A stretch of 64,000 nt of DNA. Origin: Tubulanus polymorphus. Taxonomy: Eukaryota; Animalia; Nemertea. The notes beneath the pieces are model-generated. The model was not told where the DNA came from. It saw only the letters and a list, made by a program, of their open reading frames with translations, and searched no databases. Position numbers and translations under genes: made by a program. Positions 50,172-63,500 of the stretch are shown here, in pieces. Numbering within the stretch: position 1 is the stretch's first letter; each line of letters starts with the position of its first letter. The DNA lies in the NCBI RefSeq assembly GCF_964204645.1, contig NC_134026.1:14852150-14916149 (forward strand), given 5' to 3'.

Positions 50172-52783
50172 GGAAGATTATGCGCGCACAATTGAATAGG
50201 CCCAAACCTCGTCTCGCTTCAAGTTTTTAGTTAGCGATATTTTACTTACTAAACAACGGCACGCATAATCCTATAAGTATGATATCCTGACAATGTGTTG
50301 AATTCGATAAAACCTCACTTTGAACGCTGAAGATCAATAGAAATGTCAAAAAACTACCAAAAATCACAAATTTATCGATGACGCTCGAAGCAGCTAACGG
50401 AAGTAATGACTGGTGCCGGGTGTCATCACTTTATTGTTGAGTTCAAGACTCTAAGGTGAATTGATTGCAGGCTACACTGATAAATATGAAATAATATTAT
50501 GAAATAAAATTGATTTTTGAAGGACTACACTCCTAGATTCATAGTAGAAATATGAAAAGTACCAGGACTCCAACCAGCAATCGAAATTGGGCCGTCAAGT
50601 GCTGCCACCATGTGATACCTGGCAACCAGTCTTTACATCTTCAGCTGTTGCAAAATGTTTTTTGATAATTTAAGGACACTTATAGTGATTTCTAGCCTTT
50701 GCAGTGGGTTTTATCATATCCAACGTAACGGTAGGTTATCATATTTAAAGGATTACGCGTGACGATATATAGTAAGTAGAATATCGCTGATTGAAAACTT
50801 GAAGCGAGAGATTTTCATTGCAAATGAACTAGAGCATTGCGGATTTAGATTCCAATTTCCGGTTCTGACTAGCGCCATCAAACGATTAATTCAAGAACTT
50901 GCCGTATCGCTGCGATGATTGCTGATTAGATTTCGATGATGTTGTTCACCGAAATCAGCAGATTTTACACATCCATGAAGTGTTCAAGGAAAACCATAAA
51001 GATGCATCAATCAGATGGCGCCTATACATTACAAAGATAACATTCTGCGCCCGAGATATTAAGATCCGTGGATCTCTTGTTTCTTGATATTTTCGGTCCT
51101 TATTCCGATCTAATTATCTGTAAAAAGTCAGTCTTCTCCCATCAGTTGAATTCAATCCAAAAGTTTTCACTATTTTTCATTTGTTCTGCTTATAATCTCT
51201 AATCTAGAGTAGCGATGTTTAATTTTGATGCTGATTAAACATGCACTCATTTAGGAAAGTCCATATTAAGAATTTCATTTCTTGTTATATTTCTGGCCTG
51301 GAAAATCCTGGAATTTGAAGTGTATCTGAAGTCACTCCAGAAAAGCCTGAAATTTCATATTCCATCAATTTTACCTTCATGACGTATGAAGGTTATAAGA
51401 TGGTAGTGAGTTAATGACTTCATTTTCGTGTCACCACTAATAACTTGTTTGTGGGAGTTCAGATGAAGATTTGTTAAACGAATAAGTACTTTAATCTTAT
51501 AAATGCAGAGTGTGAAATTTCGCCTATTTGGTTTACCTTTGTCAGCGATATGATGTTGGCATTGAGCCAATTCATTTAAAATCGCGGTACGTTTTTTTAT
51601 GTGAGCATTTGTTTCATTGGTTCTCGGCTTAAATGATGTATAATCGATGCGATTGAAGACATGGCGAACCTCCGTCGATGACATGGTCAACTGAGGTAAA
51701 ATTCTACGAAAAACTGTTTTTGGCGGGAAAATTCTTAGCTTTCGCGTATAAAATTGCAATGACCTCGATTGGGGGGCGTCGTCTCTACGGGCGAATGGGA
51801 TTGGCTGTTTTTGGGATATACGGGGAATTCCGGCGCTACTAACATAATAATGGGAAAGCCATAATGGTCGTACGTTTCATTGGACAAGGTGCCGTTTACG
51901 TGCCGATTTCAAATGCTCATTGCTGGTGAGGATGTAATTATTTCACTCATCCGCCATAGGCATTGTTTCATTTTCATACCCGGTGATTGTTTTGATTGAC
52001 ATTGAGGTGTAAGCGAATATTCACTTACACAAGGCCTCCACATGCGGGCGGAGTGCTACACCACACGCACAAGCTAGTACAGTACACTACTAGGGTGATG
52101 CTGTAACGCGTGCACGTTTGACATGAAATAGGCTGAATAATCGTAGCAGAAGATGAGCGCTGTGTTTTCTGTTTGATAGAATTCGTAATAAATTGTAATT
52201 TCTTGTGACCTGAAAATACTAAGCAGCAAAGTATATGAAGGTCTGTCGAGGTAAATTTCAGTATAACCCAACCCACCCAACTTCAAAGTTACCAAGTGAA
52301 AACTTATTTCTGGGATTCATTGAAATGAATTTTATTTTTGATAAAAACGGCCGGCCGACCCACTGCCGACGCCGACTATGAGCTAGGTATGTTTGAATTC
52401 AAGTGTGCATCGTGTGAAAACATGCCTTGACCGGCTTTACTGCATAGTACATTCATATATATAGGTGGTGCTAGTGAGCGCTTAGTAGCAGCTCCTTGTA
52501 GCTCCTCAATAAATCAAGTTTTCCTCCAACTACCTCTAGAGTTGATGTTGGATAATTGGCATGGAATATTGTGAAGCTGTTGTGAACACAGTTAAATATG
52601 ATTTTCGCTGGATATTTGCTTGTAACTGTGGTATTTGTGTACTTTAAAATACTGTTCATAAATTCACCATGGAATTGTGTGTATTGTGTACCCAGTGACA
52701 TTGACATTGACACATATAGTGCAGACATGCCTGAATACTCAGCAGTGGCATTGAAGTCATATAGATCTTTTGAAACTGGAATT

Positions 52784-52982
52784 AAATGGCTTCGCTTTTG
52801 CCTGTGACCGTATTGATGCGGCGGAAACCACTGCGCATGCGCGGCAACTTTCCGAAAGGTTAAGATCAGTTCAATTGATTCTTCTCAAAAACCTATGTCA
52901 AGCCAAGGCAATCACACTTCTAAGGAAATTATCAGTGGTTTCCGCTGCATCAATACGGTCACAGGCAAAAGCGAAACCGTTT
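52784..52982. mobile_element. Foldback MITE with ~45-50-bp TIRs
   Basis: ttcgcttttgcctgtgaccgtattgatgcggcggaaaccactg / cagtggtttccgctgcatcaatacggtcacaggcaaaagcgaa. Confidence 0.85.
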
Positions 52983-53396
52983 CATCCCTTGTTATTTTAA
53001 TATAGTAAGGCGTCGCGCCCGCTGATACTGATCCTTAACAGCCAATTGTTTATCGAAACTCTATAGTGGATAAATAAACAACATCAACAAGAGGTATTTC
53101 TGTGATATTTTGAATTTATTTGCAGTTTAAGTTTAGCGCCATTCTCGCGAGATTATCAACAACCCGGAAGTAAAATCCAAGCCAGTTTACAAGCCCCTGT
53201 GATGTATAGCGCCAATTGACAGATTTCCATGAAATGTTCCTCGGTTCAAGCGACTTATATTACTCATGTCACCTTGAAATGAATTGAACAGTAGTGCAAT
53301 CTAATACTTATGTACTTAGAAAATCTAGAACCTACATTCACATTCTTTAAGCTACAAAATCATTTTTCACTCAGTTAAGGTAATTTTATTCTTTAG

Positions 53397-53489
53397 AATC
53401 TGTGATTCCTGGTGCTGGAGCCTATGAAATCGCAGCTCATGATGCTCTGCTTAAATTCAAGGAAAGTGTGAAAGGGCGTGCCAGATTAG
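53397..53489 (+). CDS. CCT6: CCT6 exon (-SVIPGAGAYEIAAHDALLKFKESVKGRARL-)
   Basis: tctttag acceptor, gtaagt donor, 93 nt, phase 1/1; PGAGAxE motif. Confidence 0.97.
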
Positions 53490-53879
53490 GTAAGTATCCT
53501 TTCAAGCTGAAAATGTGGTTCAAACCAGCCAGCTATCATTGGTTAATGGTAAGACCTGACTCACTCCATGATTTTGGTATAGTTTCTACGATAATATAAC
53601 TCAAACTAAGACAGTGTGGCCAAAAGCTCTTTTTGCACCATTTCTTAGCCCTTAACCTGCTGTAAGTGACTGTAGTCACACTGCGGAACTGTTTCAGACG
53701 ACGGTGGTTGACAGCCTGACCTATCTTTCGTATAAAGTTTGTTTTTATGTCACAAGCCGGAAAACTGTTCTTAAGTAATTAAGTATGGTATAAGGCTAAA
53801 AAATTGATACCTTGTTTCTCCGCTCTGCTAAGGTTAAAAGTTGACCCGGCCGGCGGCCTATCTACCCTATACATAACTT

Positions 53880-54397
53880 TTTTTAGCTTTAGTCCCGAGA
53901 GGGCTATATATTTGGTTTTTACATGTATCTACCCTAGACACATCTTCAGCCCATAAACTGGGCCTCTCAGATTCAAGATGGCAAACTGGCAGCCATTGTT
54001 GTTCACCAAATTCAGCACTTTTTACACATTTTTGAAGTTTTCGAGGAAAAATTGAATACGCTTTTATCGATCGGACTCAAGATGTCCGTCAATTTTTGGC
54101 ACAAAAAATTCTGAATTCTGAGACCTGTTACTTCCTAATGGTTTGCTATTTTTCATAGCAATTTGTGATGGGTATTCTTTGAAAAAAGATCTTTTATACC
54201 TGTGACAGGTATTTTTGATCAGCTAATTATAACGCAATTGGCGGCCATCTGGTGTCATCAGTACTCATTCGTAGGCGGAAAAAAGTATTTCCACATTTTA
54301 TTGATACCTAAGCATATTTCATTAACACAATCAATTGGAAAGTTGTAGCTCATAACGTGTTCAATGATTGTGGTGAGTTTCAAGGTCATTAGTTTTT
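53880..54397 (+). mobile_element. HINE family 1, partial
   Basis: ttttagctttagtccc...gggcta start followed by family-1 body. Confidence 0.75.
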
Positions 54398-55729
54398 ACC
54401 TTCATGACGTAGTCTAAGATGGTAGTGAGTCGATGACGTCATTTTCGTGTCGCCACTTATAACTTGTTGGTGGGAGTTCAGAGGAAGATTTGTCAAACGA
54501 ATAAATACTTTAATCTTATTAATGCAGAGTGTGAAATTTCACTTTTTAATTATTTCCCTAAATTATTAGAAAATGCTGATAGTAAGACCGTGGGAAAGTT
54601 TTTATCGTTGAATGGGCAAATCACGGTGGCAGAGTGCACCTGTGATAAGGCAGAAATAGTTCCATGTGAAAGTGAAGCTTTTAAATGATTAGGAGGTGCT
54701 TTATCAACTTTTTTCAACTATAGTGCTGCTATTTTCCCAATCAACTTGCTAGATTTCGATCGTTTCCCATAAATCAACACTTGTAATTCAAGTGTGATTT
54801 TGATGTGTGTAGAGATACATCGTGACTAGCGTATTGAATGGCGGCGCCATGTTTAAGCTGCGCGTCGAGCGTCGATCGTTGAATAGTGGAATTATAGGAT
54901 GGAATTATCTTGATTGTATCCATACTAAGCTTATTAAAGGTTAGTGTCAACAAATGGTCCATTATAGTCCCTCTAATTTATGTGGAGAAACGTTCTTAAC
55001 CGGCAAAACCGTGGTCTATTTCGTGTTATCGTTGGCCTACGTGACTGACCTTGCTTGAGCATTCGCTGCCGGTGCACCGCTTTAAAGTTATGAATAAAGT
55101 ACTGTAAAACGGATTGTTAATGACATACAACAAAAAAACCTTTAAAGAAAGGTACCTAGTGTCTGACATTCTACTGAAAAATTCTGGATTGATCCACCGC
55201 ATAGTTTTTTCATAGTGAGCATTTTAGTATATGAATCAATTAAGATGATTGACAGACGCGGGTGTGGTCGTATCAGCTGTTGAAGACGTTCGATGTAAAC
55301 AATAATTTAATCCACTTGCACGATGAAAACAGGGACATCAAACTAAGAAGCACTGAATTTTTTAATTACATGTCATTTGAATAGGCATCTGTGCAGGTTT
55401 TTCAAAAAGTCAAATCTTAATTGACTCCTATTACATAGGCCTTAGCCAGGACCTTTGGAATTGAATTGGAATTCGACACAGTAATTCACCTGTAATTTGT
55501 GTTGAATCTTTTTGAAAATTAGCATGAAGATTGGGTCTGGCGAGATGTCCACCCTTATTGAAAAAAATGTCATTGGTAATCAAATATGGCTGCCATTGAG
55601 GTTGCCATCTTGAATTTCTTGTTTGCACGATGCAGCCCGCAATTCTTGATGGATTTCCACAAAATTTGGTGTGAGGATCAGGGTCAAGTTGTCCATTCCT
55701 TTTGTATATGGAGGTCATCGGGGGCATTG

Positions 55730-57620
55730 ATCAATGCAATAACTTAGTATTTCGATATTATATTTGTACCTATGCATATTTTGTTTCCACGATCAATTGA
55801 AAAGTTGTAGCTCATGACACGTCCAATGATTGTGGTGAATTTCAAAGCCACTAGTTATTGTCTATAGTCACCAGGGGGTGTTGAAAAGTAGAATAGCTTA
55901 GTATTTCCTTTTTGTATTGGTTCCTAGACATATTTTGTTACCATAATCAATTGCAAAGTTGTAGCTCATGACATGGTCCATAATTGTGATGAGATTTGGT
56001 TTTTCTATATGGCCACCAGGGGGCGTTGAACAATACGATAACATAGTATTCCCATATTATCAGAGATGCTAGTTTTCCGGAAATATCCGGAATTCCGGAA
56101 ATTTAGGATCGCCGATGTCAATTCCGGAAATTGGGTGAGAATTCCTCGCGGCGACCAGTAATGGCACGGAACGTAAAAGCGTTCGTTTGCTTGTACTCGT
56201 CGTCGCTTCTGAGTTATTTTATCTTGGTCTCTGTTTCCGAGGACGTTCTGATACAATGTATATATGTGTGCTTGTTGTGGTATCTGTGCGCGTGCGTAGG
56301 CAGAGCGCCACTGTTGTGACGCCATTTCCAACTAAAAGTTAAATATCTTTACACGCCGTTGTATATCGTCCTGCTGACGGCCAACAATGTGAAGATGCAT
56401 GTGGTAATAATTAAGATGATATCTAATAAATATCATCTTTATTACCACGTGCGTGCTATGTCCTGAGGCACGCAACTTTGTAACTTACTTTTTGCCTGCA
56501 GCTGTCAAGCGGGACGGTCTGCAAAATGAGCACGCACAGAAAGATTGTCAGTCGGGAGTCGGCCGATATAAAGGCAATTGACAGCGGTATAAAAAATAAA
56601 TTTAACTGGCACTGGCTTGAGTGTAAGGACAGTATCGGGGACTACTTATCGAACTACATTCGTAAGTTAGACTTAGCTGGCGTGGCGTACTGCGTCATTT
56701 GTAAAGACCAGGTCAAATACGGTAGTGGCGGGAAAAAAGATATTCTTCGTCACCCGGATAGCGCGCGGCATAAGAAGGCAGCGAGGGATGTGAAGCACAA
56801 CGAATGCCTGCCGTCGTATTTTCAGATACCCAGATCGCTCTAGAACGCATTTCCGGCGATGCAAAAACGCAAAAAGACTCCCGTTCTAAATTCCGGAATT
56901 TCGGTACTTTGGCCCTAGCATCTCTGTATTATATTGGCACCTAGGCATATTTTGTCGCCATGATCAATTGAAAAGTTGTAGCTCATGACATGTTCTATGA
57001 TTATGGTTAGTTTCAAAGTCATTGGGCGTTACATATGGTCACTAGGGGACGTTGTACAGTAGAAAAACTTAGTATTTCCATATTATAGTGGTAACTTGAC
57101 ATATTTTGTTACAACAATCAATTTCAATATCGTAGCTGCTGACATGTTCTACAATTGTGGGGAGTTTCAAAGTCATTGAAGTTTTTCAAGGTCATTGGAT
57201 GGGACGTTGAATATTGAAATTGTTAGATTGTTGAGCATGTGAAACCACTTTCTACAAGTGGGCATGGTGTCCCTGGGCCCCTTGTTCCATATCATGTACG
57301 TATATATGTATATTTTGTAACTACGATCAATTGCAAAGTTGTAACGCTTGACATATTTTATGATTGTGGTGAGTTTTAGTCATTAGGTTTTGTATATGGT
57401 CATCAGGGGGCGTTGAATAGTAGGATAACTCCTTATTTTATTGGTAACTATGCATATTTTGTATTTACATTCAATTGCTATATTGTAGCTCATTGCATAT
57501 TCTATGATTGTGGTGAATTTCAAGGTCATTGGTTCTGTATATGGTCACTAGGGGGCGTTGAATAGTACAACTACTTAGTATTTCCATATTATATTGGTAC
57601 CTAGGCATATTTTGTTACCA
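55730..57620 (+). repeat. HINE family 1 repeat array containing an internal 3' end (~57285) followed by more units
   Basis: ~154-bp units; caagtgggcatggtgtccctgggccccttgtt. Confidence 0.75.
56061..56926 (+). mobile_element. hAT-like mini-element, 6-bp TSD TATTAT, zinc-finger ORF 56526-56843
   Basis: perfect TIR cagagatgctag / ctagcatctctg; KNKFNWHWL..AYCVICKDQVKYGSGGKKDILRH....RH. Confidence 0.9.
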
Positions 57621-58518
57621 CCAGGGATGAAAATCTTCCGCAAATATGTGGATTTCTGCAGTTGGAGGTCCATTTTTTATCATTCTTGAGATCAATGTAG
57701 ATCCGTTGAGAAAATGATAGGGGGGGTTAGGGTCTTGGGGAAAAGTTGATGTTAAATCGCAGCTTACTTAACGAACAGACCGTAAAAGTGTCTCATAAAA
57801 CTGGTGCTACCATCTCTGAAATCTTTTTTTACAACATCATTTCGAAACACCGCTGTTGTCTAGAACTGTGCAGATCAATAATATATATATACATGCAATA
57901 GCGTTGCGTGGGAAATCTAAATTTAGAATCTGCGGTCGTAGGCTTCAATTCATCCAACAAAGCATATATATATATATATATACATACATACTTAAGTATC
58001 TTCTGGTTAAGGAATTGCTGAAAGTTCAATTTCGACAGCATTTGCCCTTTAAGTCCCAGCCCAGCAGGCTATCGAATTCAGTTATTTTGGAGTACCCTAG
58101 ATACATCTGCCCAAAAACTGACCCAATCCAAATCAAGATGGCTGACTGACAGCCATTGCTGTACGCCAAAATCTGCACTTTTTACAGGTCTGTGAAGTCC
58201 AACTTTTACCAATACCTAGGGTAAGATTGTGGTGAAAATTTAAACATGTTAGCATACCCTGGCATTGAAAAACAGACCTGGTGCTTTATCTTGACGTAAG
58301 TCAAGAATGGATGACAGTGTACAAAATTTTGGTCGTGATTTGCTGAAAATTGTTTGGTAAGGGTTAAGAACTTACAACCAAGGTTACAAAATATGATTGG
58401 AATATTTTGGCTATTTCAGACTTACATAAGTCTAAGGCTGAAGGCAATGTTCATTTGAGGTTAGGTTGTGATATCAAAAATAAATATCATTGTTTTTTTT
58501 TCCTCCATAATCATCTAG

Positions 58519-58662
58519 GTGTTCAGGCATATGCTGACGCACTGCTGGTTATACCTAAGGTTTTGGCTCAGAATTCTGGTCTTGACCCACAAGAGATGAT
58601 GGTTAAACTTCATGAAGAATTTGTTGCTGCACAACAGCCAGTTGGGCTGGATCTTTCTACAG
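58519..58662 (+). CDS. CCT6: CCT6 exon ([47 protein letters not shown]); remaining exons beyond window
   Basis: catctag acceptor, gtaatg donor, 144 nt; LAQNSG motif. Confidence 0.97.
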
Positions 58663-59117
58663 GTAATGTTAAAGCATTAATGCTTATTTTTGGAAAACGA
58701 TGGTGGACCCATTTTATTTTTTTAAGACCATATAGGCATCGTCGCTAGTAGAAATCCTTCTGTTCCCGAACAACGTTGTAGTATTTCTACTGCCATGGAT
58801 ATAGTCCCATAATGCTGTATCGATTAAGAACTGATAATCCGATAAAAAATTGTCTGTAACACCTCATTTGCCTCTATCCTTGATCCAAGGTCCCAAAATC
58901 GTGATGAATTTTGGAAAGTTTTGAGGCGCATGATGGGCGTACCATATCAGTGAATTGTGTATATCGATTTTACCCGGTAATGAAGTGTTATCCCCATCAC
59001 TATCCGCACTCATACATTCGTAAATAGTTCATAAAAACTGCGCAGTTCGTGGTTTACACTGACTGGAAGAGGATCGGTAGGGTGGTCTCTGCAGTGTTTG
59101 TCAGGAGCTAACCCGGA

Positions 59118-60205
59118 TTTTTGTCGCCCGCCGCGGCCTACGCCAGACTTGGGCACTTGGAATCCACCTCTGTCCGTCCGTTCGGTTGTCCGTCCGCTAA
59201 CATCAGCTTGTGAAAGCTATTCAAGAAGGACCATTGATTGCAGGACTCTGATATTACACAGTATGATTAGCCTTAGGGAGATAATGTGCCTTATTGATTT
59301 TGGGGTCCTAGGATCAAAAAGAACCATTGATCGCAGGACTATGATATTACACAGTACGATTACCCCTAGGGAGAGGATGAGCGCTATTGATTTTGGGGTT
59401 CAAAGGTCAAGGTCAGTACAGGTCATTCATGTGAAACCTTGTGAACGTGATTCAAGAAGAACCATTGATAGCAGGATCATTATATTATGTATTATGATTA
59501 CCCCTAAGGAGAGGATGTGCCCTATAAATTTTGGGGTCCAATGGTCTAAGTCCCAGGTCATTACCGGTCATTCATGTGAAACCTTGTGAATGTGATTCAA
59601 GAAGAACCATTGATCGCACAACTATGATATTACACAATATGATTACCTCAGGGAGAGGATTTGCCCTATTGATTTTGGGGTTCAAAGTTCAAGGTCACTA
59701 CAGGTCATTCATGTGAAACCTTGTGAATGTGATTCAAGAAGATCCGTTGATGATATTATGTATTATGATAACCGATACGAAGAGGATGTGCATTTATTTT
59801 GGGGTCCATGGATCAAAGGTCAGGGTCACAACAGGTAATTCATGTGAAACCTTGTGAACGTGATTCAAGAAAAACCATTAATAGCAGGATTACGATATTA
59901 CGTTTTATGATTACCCCCAGGGAGATGATGTGCCCTATTGACTTTGGGCCCTAGGATCAAAGGTCAAGGTCACTACAGGTCATTCATGTGAAACCTTGTG
60001 AACACAAGAAGAACCATTGATAACAGGACAATGCTATTTCATAGTATGATTACCCCTGGGGAGAGGATGTGCCTTAGCGATTTTGGAGTTCTAGGGTCAA
60101 AGGTCCAGGTTAGTACAGGTCTTTTGCCTAAAACCCTATAAACTCATTTCTTAAATAACCATTGACAGCAGGACATTGATATTTCATAGTATTATTATCC
60201 CTGGA
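59118..60205 (+). mobile_element. HINE-type element (family 5) with ~130-145-bp tandem array, 3' end missing
   Basis: T-run start, (GTCC) tract, gtgaaaccttgtgaa...caaaggtcaaggtcac units. Confidence 0.75.
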
Positions 60206-61399
60206 TACGCTGATCATTTTTCGATTACACTATACTTTGTAGGGAAGTTAGATATGGCGTATGCTATTACTATGTTATTACATCATGAGCCATGCATTTC
60301 ATTTTGAAACAGATCATTCAATTGAAATAAACTAAAATACATAACTATAAACTAAAACACTATAATGTCTTTATAGAACAAATAATAAATTCATTTTCAC
60401 ACTTCCTCAAACAATTTTTCAGAATTTGGGAAAATAGGACCACTGTTGGCAGGGGGAAAATGTCCGTTAAACGTTTAAAAGCAGCCTTACAGAAACCCTG
60501 GAAACGAGAATTTGTTTTCACTGATAATACTGACATCTCATGCATCCACTCACTACTATTTAGTCAATTTTAGACACTGTCTTCGACCATATGGTTCTCT
60601 TGTTAACTGGCTCTATAGTAGATCTTGCACAAACAACTCCTAGGTCTTCAGTTTATTGTTAAGATTCAGTAAGGGTGGTTCTATGGTTCGACTCCAATTG
60701 ATAAACAAGTGCAAATTGGTAAAATGACCAATTTGCAGGTACATAATAGATGTAGTCACTAAATTGACAAGTTCCTCAAGCATTTGCTTGGCTGAGCATA
60801 ATTGAAGAAGGTATTTGAAATGAAAGAAGAGGAAATTGGTTTACAGTTTCAAACTTTTATTATTGTAATGCATCAATATTCAAGTAACATTTTGATTGTC
60901 TAAGAAACAGAAAAAAAATATGAAAGAAACAGCTTTTGGTACCAAGTAGCAGACACCAACTTTAAGTTACATATTGCATGATGTATCATATTGTATTCAT
61001 ATTGATATATTGTCATTTTGATTGTCAAATAAAAATATAAACAAACTATATAAACATTATTCCACAAAATGTTTTCATTGTCAAATAAAAATAAATTTAT
61101 TTTGATCAAATAATGATTTATCTATCTGGTCAAGGTCAATTTGGGCAGAGAGGAAAATATATTTCATCAAAATACTAATCATCCAGTTTTGGTTCCTATT
61201 CACTCTCAGTTTCACTGTCTAAATCACCAGCTAAGTCCTCTGGTTCAAAGAAAGCAGCAGCAGCCTCTTCCATCGAACCTAGTTCAGAGACCGTTTGTTC
61301 AAGTTGAGTCACACTGTTACTTTCAACCTGAATGTACTTTTAACTCTCTTTTTCTGACAAAGCCATTTTTATATTATATTATTTTATCTGCCCCTGGGC

Positions 61400-63500
61400 T
61401 AAGGACTGCTGGGCCATTAATGGAGATAGTAAGCAGGCACTACAACATGTCATTTTTAAGTCTAGATCTCAATCGGTTTTTGATCCTCTTCATTGCGCTG
61501 AACCCTCTCTCAGGCCATACAGAAGCAACAGGAATGGAAAGACATATTTCACAGATTCCAGCTAAATTTGGGGAAAAGTATGATGACTGAATGACCTTTC
61601 TCATGCAGAATTCTGTTGGTGTGACTTTGAAATCCTTGTGTTTTTCCCAACAGACGAGTATGATTCTGGCACCTCTGGTTTCCAAATTTCGCAAATAGTA
61701 TATTTGATTTTGCGCCACTCAGCCAAAAGTTCTGCTTTTTTCTCCAGCTTTTCACTTTCATCATCAATGTGCACTGTGAAGTGCTCTGAAAGGGAGCCAA
61801 TTTTTTCTTCACCATAGATTTTGAATTCATCACTATCCTTAGCAGGGCAATGAAAAGGATTAAACACCGAAAATGCAGAAAGAACCGGTAATGACTCAGC
61901 AAATCTTTTCCCAATGTTAACACATAAAGAATTGCTGTAGCTTTTCAGAATTGACTGCAGTTGTTTAACTTTGGAATCATTCAGTAAAAGCTACGTGTCT
62001 CTGAATTTTGTTAATAAATCATTTCTGAGTTTTGAAATGGCAGTCTCTTCTAGACAAATCTGGTTAATCTTTTCCTTTGTGTATTCAATCGCTATCATTG
62101 AGAAATCAACTACTCCCCTTTGAAATACAGTAGACAGTTCAGTTAACGCAGGAAGAATCTCATTCAAAATGTACAGAACACCTAAAAATTTTATGTTTTA
62201 CATTTTACATAGTAGGCCATTGGATGTTGCATCAGACTCTTTCAGCTGTCTCAGTGTTTGAATGACAACATCATATTGTTTCAATAGTGAGCTCACAGAC
62301 TTATCAAATAACAACCAGCGGGTCTGGCAGGCCTTTTTCAATTTTTTTGTGATGACTTTCTCAGTCTTGTCACTAGACACCCTTAGAGACTGCAACTGGG
62401 CTTGAACTATGATAAAGACTGCCGTTTTCTCAGGAGAATTTTCCAACATCTGTCATAACTGCCTTAGCCCGGTTTGTACATTTTCTATGTAATTTACTTC
62501 ATTTAAAGTATCAAGGGCACTTAAGGCAATTCTGTGACAGACACAATGAACATGTATCATCTCTGGATTGGCGGCAGATTTCAGTCTTTGCCCTAAGCCA
62601 GATCGTACCCCAAGCATTCTATTGGTACCATCTGTGGCTAGTGAAGAAAACTTTTGCCTTGAAAAATTACAATTTTCAAGCACATCCAAAACTACTCTAC
62701 AAAGAGTTTCTGCACCTGCGCTTTCGGCAGTTTCAAAGATATCTTGAATACACAGAAAATAAGTATTGACAACCTCACCTGTTCCGCCAGGGAGTATACT
62801 ATCTTTTTCATGGCTATAGACCTGGACAAATATTATCATCTGTTCTTTGACAGATATGTCCGTACATTCATCTAGCTTGAGACCATAGCAGTTTGATTTT
62901 TGTATTCTGTTTCTCACCATTTCATCTATAATCTGAACAAGGACTAAAAACATTTCTCTAATGACACTTCTAGATCTGTACTGAAAATATCTTAAATCAC
63001 CAGCATCTCTGTATTTCAGAAAATACAATCATGGCCAAATTTTTTTATTAGAAATTTCTTGTTTCATAATCCAATACATAGCCCTGAAAGCATTTATAAG
63101 CATTGATTGTGATATGAATTGGAAGCAAGGAATACGCTGCATCATCTAGCTGGACTGCATTTTTGTGTTGTTTTGAGGATTGGTTATCATCTAAAGCAAC
63201 AAGTCTAAATCTAGTGCTCAGTTCAGTGTTAAACTTGGAACTTTTATTCTGTGCATTTGATTCAATATGTTTTTTACATAACAGACAATAAAATCCTTTC
63301 GTTTTCAATATATATAGGCCACCACAATGATGATTCTTCACAGTAACATGATTTTTTTTACAGACAACCAGCTGTGCTTAGCCTGGTACTTAAACACTTT
63401 CGTATGTTCAAGTTCGATGTGTGTCCATGATGTACAGTTTGTTTGCGAGCATATCGCATGATGATGGACGGCTTTACTGTCTACATAACACTTTCCATTT
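61400..63500 (-). pseudogene. Frameshifted hAT transposase (ZNF862-like)
   Basis: FYCLLCKKH zinc finger; LDECTDISVKEQM; LATDGTNRMLG; HVHCVCHRIAL; TRWL; PVASVWPERGFSAMKRIK dimerisation motif; split across several ORFs. Confidence 0.92.

Noticed and set aside
54464-54740. Possible SWIM zinc-finger remnant (NGQITVAECTC)
   Set aside because: Too short and degenerate to call; at most a transposase relic
4198-58518. Intronic H/ACA snoRNAs, expected because vertebrate CCT6 hosts SNORA15 and SNORA22
   Set aside because: No convincing match by eye; candidate repeated intronic motifs were HINE 3' ends. An Infernal/Rfam scan would be decisive
59200-60130. Regularly spaced repeats suggesting a CRISPR array
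   Set aside because: Whole units are homologous with no unique spacers, no cas genes, and the context is a eukaryotic intron; same for the ~154-bp arrays
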